Shown: piece by piece, positions 1 to 10,323 of the stretch
Layout: each line of letters begins with the position of its first letter
How positions within the stretch are numbered: the first letter of the stretch is position 1
Assembly (NCBI GenBank): GCA_040954595.2
Contig: JBECUI020000025.1
Location: 419,406 to 483,405, forward strand
Reading direction: 5' to 3'
Source of the DNA: Balanoglossus misakiensis
Taxonomy: Eukaryota; Animalia; Hemichordata
DNA: 64,000 bases
Position numbers and translations under genes: made by a program
The notes under the pieces: generated by a model
Database searches by the model: none
What the model was told of the DNA's origin: nothing
What the model saw: only the letters and a program-made list of their open reading frames with translations

Positions 1-454
1 CAAGGGAAGAAATGCCCTTGGAGAAGAAATGTTGCAGTCTGCCCGCAGACTTACCCCGGATTTCGGCATAGATTTAATTGATATTGTTATTCGCCAAATT
101 CGATACTCAGATGACCTTACCGAGAGTGTGTATAACCGCATGATTTCCGAACGAAATCAAATTGCAGAAGCATACCGATCCTACGGTCAGGGAAGAAAAC
201 AACAACTGCTCGGACAACTCGACAACAATAAGCGCTCAATTCTATCAAAGGCATACGAGGAATCCGAAGGGATCCGCGGTGAGGCAGATGCTGAGGCTGC
301 TGTAATTTATTCGAGTGCATACAGCACTAATGTAACATTCTTTGAATTCTGGCGTGCTTTAGAATCATATAAAAAAGTTTTGCCTAAGTTCAAAAAGACC
401 CTTACAACCGAACCACGTTATTTTCAATTTCTATACGATGCAACAGGGCAATAG
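1..454 (+). CDS. hflC: FtsH protease modulator HflC, C-terminal part (5' end outside window)
   Basis: Frame is open from the window edge; SPFH/HflC motifs VYNRMISERNQIA..RS.G.G and EFWRALESYKK. Confidence 0.85.
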   Translation, partial: KGRNALGEEMLQSARRLTPDFGIDLIDIVIRQIRYSDDLTESVYNRMISERNQIAEAYRSYGQGRKQQLLGQLDNNKRSILSKAYEESEGIRGEADAEAAVIYSSAYSTNVTFFEFWRALESYKKVLPKFKKTLTTEPRYFQFLYDATGQ

Positions 455-1928
455 CCATACCCTGTTACAACTCATAGCTAATTACCCCCTCTCTGCCCGA
501 TACGGCAGAGAGGATATTTCTATCCAATCTATAACATACGATTCCCGTCGCGTGCGAAAGGGTGATATGTTTGTAGCATTTCCCGGAATTCACAGTGATG
601 GACAGCTGTTCATTGATGAAGCTGTTGCCAAGGGAGCAGCAGCCATTCTCTGCAGAAAAACTCCTGCAGTAATACAAAAAAATGTTGCCTACCTGGTGGT
701 CAAGAATCCCCGCCATGCCTTCTCGGTCTTTTCCGATACCTTCTGGAATTACCCTTCTCGTGATCTCTACGTCATTGGTGTAACTGGTACCGATGGGAAG
801 AGCACAACCGTACAAATGATTCATCAACTACTAGAAGCAACTGGAAAACGGGCGGGCTTTCTTTCGACTGTCGCACGCAAATCCGGAGCTAGCCGCGTTG
901 CCAATACGGCTCATCAATCTACACCGGAAGCATTTGAATTGCAATCCTGTCTAGCACAGATGCGCAATCACGGCATGCAATACGCTGTTATTGAGGCCTC
1001 CTCGCATGCACTGAGCAAACAAACCCATCGCCTCTCTTCGGTTCGATTTCATGCCGGACTTATCTGTAATATCAGCCATGAACATCTTGATTTTCATGGA
1101 AGCATTGCACAGTACCGGAGCGATAAGGCAGAATTGTTGCGTATTCTGCCGAAAAACGGCAAGGCAATACTAAACGCCTGCGACCCATCGAGCGTATACG
1201 CGGCAGAACAAAGTGCGGTTTCTCCCCTCTACTTTGCGTTGCAGAAAGCAGCCGCAGACCTTAGCGGCGAAATCGTTTCCAATGAGTTTACCCGATCGAG
1301 AATTACATTTCATTACAGAGGGGCAAAGAAAACTGTTGATATGCCCTTTTCCTGCTTGAATGCTGATAATACTTTGGCAGCTATGCTGACCGTTAGTGCC
1401 TGTCTTGAAATAAATCCTCTGGAACTATGTGAATACATTCCCCATCTCTCTCTTCCGGAGGGGCGGATGCAAATTCTTTCTCATGCTCCAACTGTTCTCG
1501 TTGACTATGCACATACCCCAGCTGCCTTTATCCGATTGCTGCCCTTAGCAAAACAATATAATACCGGTCGGTTGATAGTCCTCTTCGGCGCAGCTGGAGA
1601 ACGAGACCGCCAAAAGCGTGCACAGATGGGAAAGATGGCAGCATCCTATGCAGACATTATTATCCTCAGCGATGAAGATCCACGAGGAGAAAGCAGCGAT
1701 GCAATTATTACCGATATTGCTACAGGCATCGGTTCACTGCAGGAAGGACAGACCTTACTGCGTATTCCTAACCGCGAAGAAGCTATCTTTCATGCTATGA
1801 GCATTGCAAAAGCAGCGGATGCCGTACTCCTGTTGGGAAAGGGTCATGAATCGACGATAGAATACGATAATTATTCTATACCGTGGAACGAACGAGAAGT
1901 CGCATTACGGGCATTAAAAGAACAATGA
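438..1928 (+). CDS. murE: UDP-N-acetylmuramoyl-tripeptide synthetase (Mur ligase MurE)
   Basis: DSRRV, GVTGTDGKST P-loop, EASSH, HLDFHG, DYAHTP, DEDPRGE, GKGHE motifs. Confidence 0.93.
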   Translation: MQQGNSHTLLQLIANYPLSARYGREDISIQSITYDSRRVRKGDMFVAFPGIHSDGQLFIDEAVAKGAAAILCRKTPAVIQKNVAYLVVKNPRHAFSVFSDTFWNYPSRDLYVIGVTGTDGKSTTVQMIHQLLEATGKRAGFLSTVARKSGASRVANTAHQSTPEAFELQSCLAQMRNHGMQYAVIEASSHALSKQTHRLSSVRFHAGLICNISHEHLDFHGSIAQYRSDKAELLRILPKNGKAILNACDPSSVYAAEQSAVSPLYFALQKAAADLSGEIVSNEFTRSRITFHYRGAKKTVDMPFSCLNADNTLAAMLTVSACLEINPLELCEYIPHLSLPEGRMQILSHAPTVLVDYAHTPAAFIRLLPLAKQYNTGRLIVLFGAAGERDRQKRAQMGKMAASYADIIILSDEDPRGESSDAIITDIATGIGSLQEGQTLLRIPNREEAIFHAMSIAKAADAVLLLGKGHESTIEYDNYSIPWNEREVALRALKEQ

Positions 1929-3064
1929 AACAAGAACGGATATTAATCCTATACGGCGGGCGCTCCACCGAACATGAAATCTCCTGTCTTTCAGCCGCAA
2001 CAATCTTGCAAGGACTTGCTGAGTTAGGCTATGAGACGGACATTGTCGGAATAACAAAAAAAGGACATTGGTATCGCCAAGAGTACAAGAAACAATTAGA
2101 ACGAGCAATGGCAGGAAAGGGATTGAGCATTGACCTGACAGAAGACGCCGTCTATGTTATGCCCGGGAAGGGAATATATCATGGGAAGAGTCCAATCCCC
2201 TGCACCTGCGTATTCCCGATTGTACACGGAAGTTTTGGCGAGGACGGTAAACTCCAGGGCGTGCTTGAATGTGCGCAGATCCCCTATGTCGGTGCCGATG
2301 TCTGCGGCAGTGCTATCGGCATGAATAAGAAATACTGCAAACTGCTCTGGCAAGCGCATAAACTTCCAGTGCTTCCATTTCTCGCCATTGAGCATCATCA
2401 ATATAATCAGAACAATAAGAATGGTCGGGAAGAAATACTTGCCCGCATTAAAGAAAAATTACGGTTCCCTATATTTATCAAGCCAAACTCAGGCGGATCA
2501 TCGGTTGGAATTAGCCGCGTGAACCACTCTGCTGATCTTCCAGCTGCCATTTCTCATGCCTTTTGTTATGACCGAACTGTTCTTGCAGAGCAGGGCATTC
2601 ATGCACGGGAAATTGAAGTATCCCTTATCGGGACAGATCCCCTTACCGTATGTACACCGGGTGAAGTTATTCCTGCTCATGAATACTATAGTTACCAGGC
2701 AAAGTATATTGATAAAAATGGTGCCCGAACAGTCATTCCGGCAGATATTGATATAGATACTCAACAAAAAATACGAGAACTCGCAGCTGCGGCATACCGA
2801 TCAGTTCAAAGTACCGGGTTTGCCCGCATCGATTTTTTTATGGAGGGGGAACATGTATATCTCAATGAAATTAACACTATGCCCGGCTTTACTGCAATTA
2901 GTATGTTCCCACAAATGGCACGGGAGAGTGGCATTTCCCTTAATGCACTTCTATCTTCGTTGATAACACTCGCCCATACACATAAAAAACAAAGCGATGC
3001 CTTACAGTACGATTTCTATACCCCTGAAGGGACGGAATGCCCCCTGGAAGGAAACTCAGATTAA
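1925..3064 (+). CDS. ddl: D-alanine--D-alanine ligase
   Basis: GGRSTEHEIS, HGSFGEDG, GSSVG, YQAKY, NEINTMPG; start placed at ATG 1925, which overlaps the murE stop. Confidence 0.95.
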   Translation: MKQERILILYGGRSTEHEISCLSAATILQGLAELGYETDIVGITKKGHWYRQEYKKQLERAMAGKGLSIDLTEDAVYVMPGKGIYHGKSPIPCTCVFPIVHGSFGEDGKLQGVLECAQIPYVGADVCGSAIGMNKKYCKLLWQAHKLPVLPFLAIEHHQYNQNNKNGREEILARIKEKLRFPIFIKPNSGGSSVGISRVNHSADLPAAISHAFCYDRTVLAEQGIHAREIEVSLIGTDPLTVCTPGEVIPAHEYYSYQAKYIDKNGARTVIPADIDIDTQQKIRELAAAAYRSVQSTGFARIDFFMEGEHVYLNEINTMPGFTAISMFPQMARESGISLNALLSSLITLAHTHKKQSDALQYDFYTPEGTECPLEGNSD

Positions 3065-3074
3065 TTGCTGCCGG

Positions 3075-3587
3075 CTACCAATGATTATACGCACATATCT
3101 CACCAATCGCATGGCGAGTCGACTTGTCGATTTTTTTCTCGTTAGTATATCCAAGTGCCAGTAGCATAATAATGCGCATAGAAAACGGCACAGATAGGAG
3201 TTCCTGAACATTAGCTGTTTGAAACGTGGTAGTCGAACAGACACCCAGTCCTTCGTGCCTTGCTTGAAGCATCATGAATGATGCAGCAATAGCAATGTTG
3301 ATGGGATAGGCATGAATGCCATTAGGCATAACATAGTTTACATTAGTTGTGCAGAGAGCAATAATATTGGGGGCATCGCGAAGGTACTGTTGATTATACG
3401 CACAACTACAGATTTTTTCTCGTAACTCGACATCATCAACGACTATAAAACGCCAATCTTGCCGGTTTTTAAATGACGGAGCTCGTCGTCCTGCTTCGAC
3501 AATCAGGTCTATCGTTTCTTTCGGCACCAACCGCGGAAGAAATGATCGGGTACTTTCCCACTGCTCAATTTCCGACAATAACACCAT
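3075..3587 (-). CDS. Nitroreductase family protein
   Basis: STRSF...AGRRAPSFKNRQDWRFIVV and ARHEGLGVC nitroreductase pattern. Confidence 0.85.
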   Translation of the reverse strand: MVLLSEIEQWESTRSFLPRLVPKETIDLIVEAGRRAPSFKNRQDWRFIVVDDVELREKICSCAYNQQYLRDAPNIIALCTTNVNYVMPNGIHAYPINIAIAASFMMLQARHEGLGVCSTTTFQTANVQELLSVPFSMRIIMLLALGYTNEKKIDKSTRHAIGEICAYNHW

Positions 3588-3637
3588 ACGCCCTCACTTT
3601 ATTAATTCTGAAGAACACCCTATACTTTACTTAATAA

Positions 3638-5776
3638 ATGATAAGTATTTTTAGATTACTCCTTTTCATTCTTATTCTACTACATTACAACGTATTCGCA
3701 CAAGTACCCTACGAGGATGAGCGCAGACTTGCAACTATTATATCCCGCGTTAACAATGCAATCGGACAAGAGAACTCCACAAGAGACGGTGCATTAGGCA
3801 TAACTATAGCAGAATTGAATCGCCTGGAGGTCCCTTTCGAGCTCATTGACTTCCCCGAATATGGCAATAAACCCTCGTTTTACCCATCACTGCATGTCGG
3901 AGACCCTGAAAACTCGTCTCTTTTGCTTGTTTTTCCGCTAAGTGCAAATAAATTGCTCCTTTCAACTGCAATCTACGCTGCATCAATCAGTAGGAATAAT
4001 CCTATCGAAGTGCTCCTGATAGCACCCTTCGGTAACTTAAACAATAGTGTAAATATCATAAGTGAAATGCTTGTGCATAGAAGCAGGGCAGTTATTTGGC
4101 TCGATGACTCATTAAGGGCCTCGCCATTGACTAGTTGGGGTGGTAAAAGCAAACATGTAACCCCACTAACACTCAACCAAATAATAACATCCGAGTTACA
4201 GGAACTGGAGATACGCGTTTCTAGTCATGTCCTCCAACACCATGACATACTGAATTATACGACCCATAATCTCCCGCTGGAAACACTACTGGGTGAGTAT
4301 ATTCCGGCACTCTACTTAACAAGCGACGACGTGGCAACAATGGATGACTGGCAGTGGATAAATATCTTCACGCAAGGCATACAGGATTCTGCAAAGCGGT
4401 TAAAAGAACATTACCCAACTAATGACTACCGACTTGACTGGGAGGAAAACTATCTTTCATGGAATCTCTTCGGCACGGTAATATATATATCGGAACTATT
4501 CCTGATTGTCTTTTTTCTTCTGTTGATGATGTCAACCCTCATGTACGGCACATTCTTCCGCTCAATTCTTACCGTATACGCATCACGCATTATTAAACAC
4601 TGGTTTGTCATTCTTTGTCTCCTTCTCATTACGTTTATGGTTGTTGCCATATCCAGTGCACTTGTACAGTTTCTTGTTATCTTTATGGGAAACTTCCTGC
4701 TTTTCGATCGCTGGATGCTCTTTCTCAAACCTGCCCTAGCCCTGTTTCTTTTTGCCGAACTCTACAACGTGCTTGCACACACTCCTGCCTTTTGGGCAAA
4801 AAACCGCTACCTCTCGGCAACGGCACTGTTTATACTTGGCATAGTTTTTCTCGTAGTCAGCAGCCTGTCCTTATCCTTGGCATTCTACTTTGGCATATCC
4901 TACCTAATGACCTTTTGCTTCTCAATTAGTAGGCGAACAAAGAAAAAGATACTATTCGCTGTCCTTGCAATCCTTCCCCAGTTATACAGCATATACAGCA
5001 TCATTATGATTCCATCGCGTGAAATTATTTCATTTCTCCTCTACGACCAACTACTGGGGAATGTTATTTGGGTTATCCTCCTATTGCCCTACATAATGAT
5101 TATAGTCCGCATTGACCATCTATACCCATATCAAAGAAAAAATTCTTCATCAATCCTTGTCCGTTTCTCCTTAGTGCTTGTGCTTGGTGCAGTTATTGCT
5201 ATTCCCTTTTTGAATAATCCGCGGGTACCGATAGAGTTTCATGAGACCATAGACATGACCCAAGAAACACGAACACTTATCATCAGTAGTAATACAACTG
5301 TGGCCGGAACATTTAGTTTTACACTGGGAGCAGAAAAGTTTACATTGCCGCTACAATCCGGAATCCGGGAAATTACCCTTCCCTACCAAGTACCTCCTTT
5401 ACAAGCGGTACTTGAAATTCAGGCTATCAGCAATGAAACCTACAGGTATACCTATCAGTTTTATAGTCCACAGGAGAACGCACGCCATTTTCTCGTTACT
5501 CATTCTGTTCCCGCTCCATTCCTTCTTACTCTTCGTTATGCAAGTATCCCCCTCTCCGATTCTATCGGTCAGACTGTTCCTTATTCCATACTGAACCTTG
5601 GTACCTACCCGCCGCGTTCCCTGCATATGAATAGCCTTATTAAGAGCCCTGTTCCGCCGACGAGTAAGATTACTGCACAATATGAGACCCTAAGCGAACC
5701 CTTCTCGTTAACATCAGAGCAACAAATAGAAGCACAAGTTTTTCGAACGGTATTGCTTAACCCAACCGAAAAATAG
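3638..5776 (+). CDS. Multi-pass membrane protein with soluble N- and C-terminal domains (possibly degenerate M28 peptidase-like)
   Basis: 712-aa ORF; signal peptide, about 250-aa soluble domain, about 8 hydrophobic helices; no clear catalytic motif. Confidence 0.55.
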   Translation: MISIFRLLLFILILLHYNVFAQVPYEDERRLATIISRVNNAIGQENSTRDGALGITIAELNRLEVPFELIDFPEYGNKPSFYPSLHVGDPENSSLLLVFPLSANKLLLSTAIYAASISRNNPIEVLLIAPFGNLNNSVNIISEMLVHRSRAVIWLDDSLRASPLTSWGGKSKHVTPLTLNQIITSELQELEIRVSSHVLQHHDILNYTTHNLPLETLLGEYIPALYLTSDDVATMDDWQWINIFTQGIQDSAKRLKEHYPTNDYRLDWEENYLSWNLFGTVIYISELFLIVFFLLLMMSTLMYGTFFRSILTVYASRIIKHWFVILCLLLITFMVVAISSALVQFLVIFMGNFLLFDRWMLFLKPALALFLFAELYNVLAHTPAFWAKNRYLSATALFILGIVFLVVSSLSLSLAFYFGISYLMTFCFSISRRTKKKILFAVLAILPQLYSIYSIIMIPSREIISFLLYDQLLGNVIWVILLLPYIMIIVRIDHLYPYQRKNSSSILVRFSLVLVLGAVIAIPFLNNPRVPIEFHETIDMTQETRTLIISSNTTVAGTFSFTLGAEKFTLPLQSGIREITLPYQVPPLQAVLEIQAISNETYRYTYQFYSPQENARHFLVTHSVPAPFLLTLRYASIPLSDSIGQTVPYSILNLGTYPPRSLHMNSLIKSPVPPTSKITAQYETLSEPFSLTSEQQIEAQVFRTVLLNPTEK

Positions 5777-5795
5777 TATACTTACCTCAGTACCA

Positions 5796-7040
5796 ATGAT
5801 TTACATGAATGAACATTTCCAGCAGCTGCAACCGAATTACCTCTTCAAGGAAATTGAAGACCGCGTAACTAAATTTCTTCGAAATAACCCACAAGAACTT
5901 ATTAATCTTGGCATTGGTGATGTTACCAATGCTCTTCCGCAAGTTGTCGTTGAGGCCTTGCATAAGGCATGTGATGAGATGGGCAAGCAGGAAACGTTTC
6001 GTGGATACGGTCCGGCGGAAGGCTATGAATTTCTCCGGGAAGCAATAGTCAATTTTGATTACCGGAGCAAAGACATTTATCTCTCACCCGATGAGGTCTT
6101 CATAAGCGACGGAACAAAATCCGATAGTAGCAATTTTCAAGAACTCTTTAGTACTGATATTACAGTTGCAGTGCAAGATCCAATCTACCCGGTGTACGTT
6201 GAATCAAATGTCATGGCAGGCAGAAGCGGTAAATGGAAGGACGGACATTACCAAAACATTGTCTACCTGCCGGCAATAAGTAGTAATAACTACATTCCGA
6301 AGTTACCGGATAAAAGGGTCGATCTTATCTATCTCTGCTTTCCCAATAACCCAACCGGTGCGGTAGCTACACATAAACAGCTGCAGGAATACGTAAACTA
6401 TGCACAAAAAAACAAGGCACTTATTCTTTTCGATGCTGCATACACTGCATTTATTCGAGACGATACATTGCCGAGTAGTATCTACGAAATTGAAGGAAGC
6501 AGATCTTGTGCTGTAGAGTTCAAAAGCCTTTCAAAAAATGCAGGTTTTACCGGATTGCGTTGTGCATATACGGTGGTACCTCAGGACTGCATGGTATGGG
6601 ACAAGGCGGGAAATTCCCACTCCCTTCGAAATTTGTGGAAACGTAGACAAAATAGTAGATTTAACGGGCTTTCATACCCTGTTCAGCGAGCGGCAAGTGC
6701 TGTGTTTACCCCATCGGGACAAACGCAGATTCGCGAGTTTACCGATGAATACCTGAAAAACACGGTTATTATCGGTGCTACCCTCGACGAGCTACATATC
6801 CCCTGGGTTGGTGGGAAGAACTCACCCTATATCTGGGCAGAAACGGCTCTTCCCAGCTGGACTGCTTTTGATCTCTTTCTGCAAGAGGGTGGTGTTATTA
6901 TTACCCCCGGCGAGGGATTTGGACCTGCCGGCAAGCAGTACATTAGATTTAGTGCCTTTAATTCACGGGAAGTCGTTTTTCAGGCTGTGCGTAAGATTCG
7001 TGAGGTCGTAATAAACAATGCAACACTCGTTCCAAAATAA
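5796..7040 (+). CDS. dapL: LL-diaminopimelate aminotransferase
   Basis: LGIGDVT, GYGP.EGY.FLR, DPIYPVY, CFPNNPTG, SLSKNAGFTGLRC PLP-lysine motif. Confidence 0.93.
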   Translation: MIYMNEHFQQLQPNYLFKEIEDRVTKFLRNNPQELINLGIGDVTNALPQVVVEALHKACDEMGKQETFRGYGPAEGYEFLREAIVNFDYRSKDIYLSPDEVFISDGTKSDSSNFQELFSTDITVAVQDPIYPVYVESNVMAGRSGKWKDGHYQNIVYLPAISSNNYIPKLPDKRVDLIYLCFPNNPTGAVATHKQLQEYVNYAQKNKALILFDAAYTAFIRDDTLPSSIYEIEGSRSCAVEFKSLSKNAGFTGLRCAYTVVPQDCMVWDKAGNSHSLRNLWKRRQNSRFNGLSYPVQRAASAVFTPSGQTQIREFTDEYLKNTVIIGATLDELHIPWVGGKNSPYIWAETALPSWTAFDLFLQEGGVIITPGEGFGPAGKQYIRFSAFNSREVVFQAVRKIREVVINNATLVPK

Positions 7041-7455
7041 GATGCTGGGTGAAGCCTTGAAAGAGGCGATTCAGATTCGAAAGAATGCATACGTTCCTTA
7101 TTCTCACTTTCCTGTCGGTGCGGTCATTAAGTTGTACAATAATGACCGACTATTTTCAGGCTGCAACGTGGAGAATGCAAGCTACGGGGCATGTATCTGT
7201 GCAGAACGCGGAGCTATTATGACTGCAATTGCTGCCTGTGGGAAACAGAAGATTGAATTTGTTTTAGTCAGTGCAGTCGGTACCGAACCGGTTTTCCCAT
7301 GTGCACAGTGTTTGCAAGTTATCAGTGAGTTTGCTGATGATACAACGATGGTATACCTCGCAGATACCGAAAAGATTACAACTGCTCTGCCGTTTAGAGA
7401 ATTGCTTCCCTACTACTTTTCCGGAAAGACAATGCCGGATTTCTCGGAAGAATAA
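7018..7455 (+). CDS. cdd: Cytidine deaminase
   Basis: AYVPYSHFPVGA, GCNVENASYG..ICAER, PCAQC zinc motif. Confidence 0.92.
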   Translation: MQHSFQNKMLGEALKEAIQIRKNAYVPYSHFPVGAVIKLYNNDRLFSGCNVENASYGACICAERGAIMTAIAACGKQKIEFVLVSAVGTEPVFPCAQCLQVISEFADDTTMVYLADTEKITTALPFRELLPYYFSGKTMPDFSEE

Positions 7456-7513
7456 TTGAAGAATATACAGTACATACTTCTCATAGATAACACATCAATG
7501 TAGAATAACAGGT

Positions 7514-7744
7514 ATGGAAACAAAACATATCGGCATTATTGATTTGCAGGGTGCTACTTGTACCTCGTGTGCTATCGGCATTGAACATATGGGACGAAGA
7601 CTACCGGGTGTTACCTCAGTAGAGATTAATAAGATAGACAATAGCGTACAAGTCGCCTACGACGGGAATGCAGAGACGCTCGATAAAATCTGTGAATTTG
7701 TTCACAGTATCGGGTACAGTGCAACTGTACGCCAAACCCTGTAA
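7514..7744 (+). CDS. Heavy-metal-associated (CopZ-like) chaperone
   Basis: 76 aa with G.TCTSC metal-binding motif and C-terminal IGY. Confidence 0.8.
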   Translation: METKHIGIIDLQGATCTSCAIGIEHMGRRLPGVTSVEINKIDNSVQVAYDGNAETLDKICEFVHSIGYSATVRQTL

Positions 7745-7756
7745 CGCTACTTCAAC

Positions 7757-8380
7757 TTACTTTGAGTAGTACTCAACTACTAACTGTTCTTCTGCAACAG
7801 TAGGTATTTGCTCGCGTGTCGGCAAGGTCTTAATTTCTGCACGAATATCGTCCGGCGACATTTCTATCCATTCCGGAACAGCTCGCGAGGAGTTCTCCGA
7901 GAGCAAGCGACGTACGAAATCGACAGTTTGTTTGCGTTCGGCAACGGTTATGACATCCCCGGGACGAATGAGTATTGACGGGATATCAACTTTCTGCCCA
8001 TTGTGCCGCACATGCCCATGACTGACAAGCTGCCGTGCTTGCTGACGGCTTGTACCAAATCCTAAGCGATATACGACATTATCTAATCGGCGCTCAAGGA
8101 GAACCAACATATTGTATCCGGTTACGCCATCCATTGCTCGTGCCTTATAAAACAAATTGCTAAATTGACGTTCCGACAGACCGTATGCAAACTTCAGCTT
8201 CTGCTTTTCCACAAGCTGTCTGCCAAACTCGCTCATACGATTGCGTGTCGGTCTTCCTTTTCTCGCGGTTCCCGGCTTGTAGGGCTTGCGCTTTAAAAGC
8301 CTATCATATTTAGGGTTGCCGAATATGTTCAACCCAAACCGTCGTACTATTTTTCCTTTTGCCTTCATTAATCGTGCCAT
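7757..8380 (-). CDS. rpsD: 30S ribosomal protein S4
   Basis: MARLMKAKGKIVRRFG, EKQKLKFAYG, LERRLDNVVYRLGF, VVEYYSK; true start is the ATG at 8380. Confidence 0.97.
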   Translation of the reverse strand: MARLMKAKGKIVRRFGLNIFGNPKYDRLLKRKPYKPGTARKGRPTRNRMSEFGRQLVEKQKLKFAYGLSERQFSNLFYKARAMDGVTGYNMLVLLERRLDNVVYRLGFGTSRQQARQLVSHGHVRHNGQKVDIPSILIRPGDVITVAERKQTVDFVRRLLSENSSRAVPEWIEMSPDDIRAEIKTLPTREQIPTVAEEQLVVEYYSK

Positions 8381-8388
8381 AGAGAGAT

Positions 8389-8417
8389 AGTATATCATAC
8401 TTGCATTATTTATGCAA
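8389..8417 (-). promoter_or_regulatory. Sigma70-type promoter of rpsD (TTGCAT-17-TATACT)
   Basis: Near-consensus hexamers with 17-bp spacing; -10 ends 8 nt before the ATG. Confidence 0.6.
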
Positions 8418-8421
8418 GAAT

Positions 8422-9282
8422 TTATCCCTTTACGGAACCAAGTGTTAACCCGGAAATGAGCCAACGAGAGGAAAGAAGGAAGAGCAACATAATTGGTACC
8501 GATACCATAAGCGAGGCGGCTGCAAACTGCCCCCACTGTGTTTGATACTGGGCAACCATTCGTTGTAATCCCAAAGGCCAGGTAGCAAACTCCGGCTTCT
8601 GCAACATAATACGTGCCAAGAGAAAATCGTTCCAAACTTGCGTAAAATTAAAGAGAAAAGCAATAGCAAGTGCCGGTGTGGAGAGGGGTAAAATAACACG
8701 AAAAAAACTACCCATCGGTCCAAGACCGTCAATCATGGCTGCCTGCTCCAGTTCTCGAGGGATTGTATCGTAATACCCCTTGAGTATCCATATCGAAAAC
8801 GGAATTGCTCCCACTGAATAGGCAACTACAATACCACGCCAGGTATTAATTAAGCCTAACCGTGCTGAAAGAATGTAGATGGGAACCATAAGCATCGCGG
8901 CAGGAATCATTTGAGTAGCAAGAAGGAGTATCAATCCTGCCTTCCTTCCCGGAAAACGCCAGCGAGAAAAGGCATAGGCTGATGTTGAAGCAATAATAAT
9001 ACCAATAATCGAGGTCGTAACTGTTATTATCAGACTATTCCATAACCAGAGAAGAAAGTCCTTTTCAAACAGAACTACTTTGTACTGATTAAGATCAGCA
9101 TCGTCGGGAAGGATAGAGAGGGTTGCCGTCAGTAAGCGATTCCCAGGACGCAGAGAAACTCCAACAATGCGGAGAATGGGATAGACCGCAATAAGACAAC
9201 AAAGAATAAGAGCAAGATGTACGAAAACTCGTTTAATAATGCTATCCCTGTCTAACGATGATTTATATAAATGACGTCTCAT
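8422..9282 (-). CDS. Carbohydrate ABC transporter permease (MalG-like)
   Basis: EAA loop IPRELEQAAMIDG; C-terminal GLTLGSVKG. Confidence 0.9.
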   Translation of the reverse strand: MRRHLYKSSLDRDSIIKRVFVHLALILCCLIAVYPILRIVGVSLRPGNRLLTATLSILPDDADLNQYKVVLFEKDFLLWLWNSLIITVTTSIIGIIIASTSAYAFSRWRFPGRKAGLILLLATQMIPAAMLMVPIYILSARLGLINTWRGIVVAYSVGAIPFSIWILKGYYDTIPRELEQAAMIDGLGPMGSFFRVILPLSTPALAIAFLFNFTQVWNDFLLARIMLQKPEFATWPLGLQRMVAQYQTQWGQFAAASLMVSVPIMLLFLLSSRWLISGLTLGSVKG

Positions 9283-10310
9283 GAAGACCTCTCAAATTGT
9301 ACATCCGGTTTACTAATATGCAGATACAGAATCGTAAACAGAACAAGAATCAGAAAAATAACAATAGCAAATGCCGATGCAAACCCATATCGGTTGTACT
9401 CAAAGGCAGCCCGAAATAAGGCGGTTACAAGAATATCGGAACTCTCCAGTTCCTGCTGATTGATAAAGTAGGAGACGTTGAAGTTATTAAATGTCCATAT
9501 AATACCGAGTATCACTGCCGGCGTAAGAATCGGTTTTAATAGAGGGAGGGTTATGTACCGAAAGCGCGTTGTTCTTTTCGCTCCGTCCATCTCTGCCGCC
9601 TCGTAGTATTCCCTGCTAATACTCTGCAATCCGCCTAGCAAAACAACCGACATAAAGGGAACCCCCAGCCATATGTTTGTAATGTTTATAGCAAAAAAGT
9701 TCCAGAAGGGGTCCGACATCCATGCAATCGATTCCAAACCGAGGCTCTGTAAGAGTGCATTGATGTACCCATACTGATAATTAAACTCACCACGGAAAGA
9801 CATAACGGCTATGACCTGCGGAACTGCCCAGGGCAAAAGGATAATAGTACGATATACACCGCGCATCTTCATTGGGCGGTTTAACAACATGGCAATGCCA
9901 AGACCAAGGGTTGTATGCGCAGTTACCTGAATGCTTGTCCACAGTACCGTACGCAAAAGAAGTGGTGCAAAGGTCTGCCGCTTTAATATTGGTTCGGTAA
10001 AAAGAATCTGTATGTTGTGAAAAAATTCCCCTATCCCTACCGTCATTCCGCGTTCCGGGGTAAAGCTACGGAGACTCATATTACTAAAGGCGAGATAGAT
10101 GTTATATATAACCGGATAGATAACAAGAATAGTTATCCCTATCGCTGCCGGCGTAATGAGCATGATCGGTAATGCATGCTTCGTATGCAGACAGCGAACA
10201 AGGACAACATAAAGAATAGACTCCAGTCCGACAACAAATACTACAATAAAAAGTACTGTTGTACTGACTTCGGAAAAACTATCTGATAATATCGCTATAT
10301 ACTCAGACAA
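9279..10310 (-). CDS. Carbohydrate ABC transporter permease (MalF-like)
   Basis: LLPWAVP, YYEAAEMDGA EAA loop, ITLPLLKP. Confidence 0.9.
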   Translation of the reverse strand: MSEYIAILSDSFSEVSTTVLFIVVFVVGLESILYVVLVRCLHTKHALPIMLITPAAIGITILVIYPVIYNIYLAFSNMSLRSFTPERGMTVGIGEFFHNIQILFTEPILKRQTFAPLLLRTVLWTSIQVTAHTTLGLGIAMLLNRPMKMRGVYRTIILLPWAVPQVIAVMSFRGEFNYQYGYINALLQSLGLESIAWMSDPFWNFFAINITNIWLGVPFMSVVLLGGLQSISREYYEAAEMDGAKRTTRFRYITLPLLKPILTPAVILGIIWTFNNFNVSYFINQQELESSDILVTALFRAAFEYNRYGFASAFAIVIFLILVLFTILYLHISKPDVQFERSS

Positions 10311-10323
10311 ATACGATTACAAC

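Noticed and set aside
8381-8635. 85-aa N-terminal extension of S4 in the ORF track
   Set aside because: Overlaps the MalG-like gene in another frame; the S4 start and promoter are at 8380-8417
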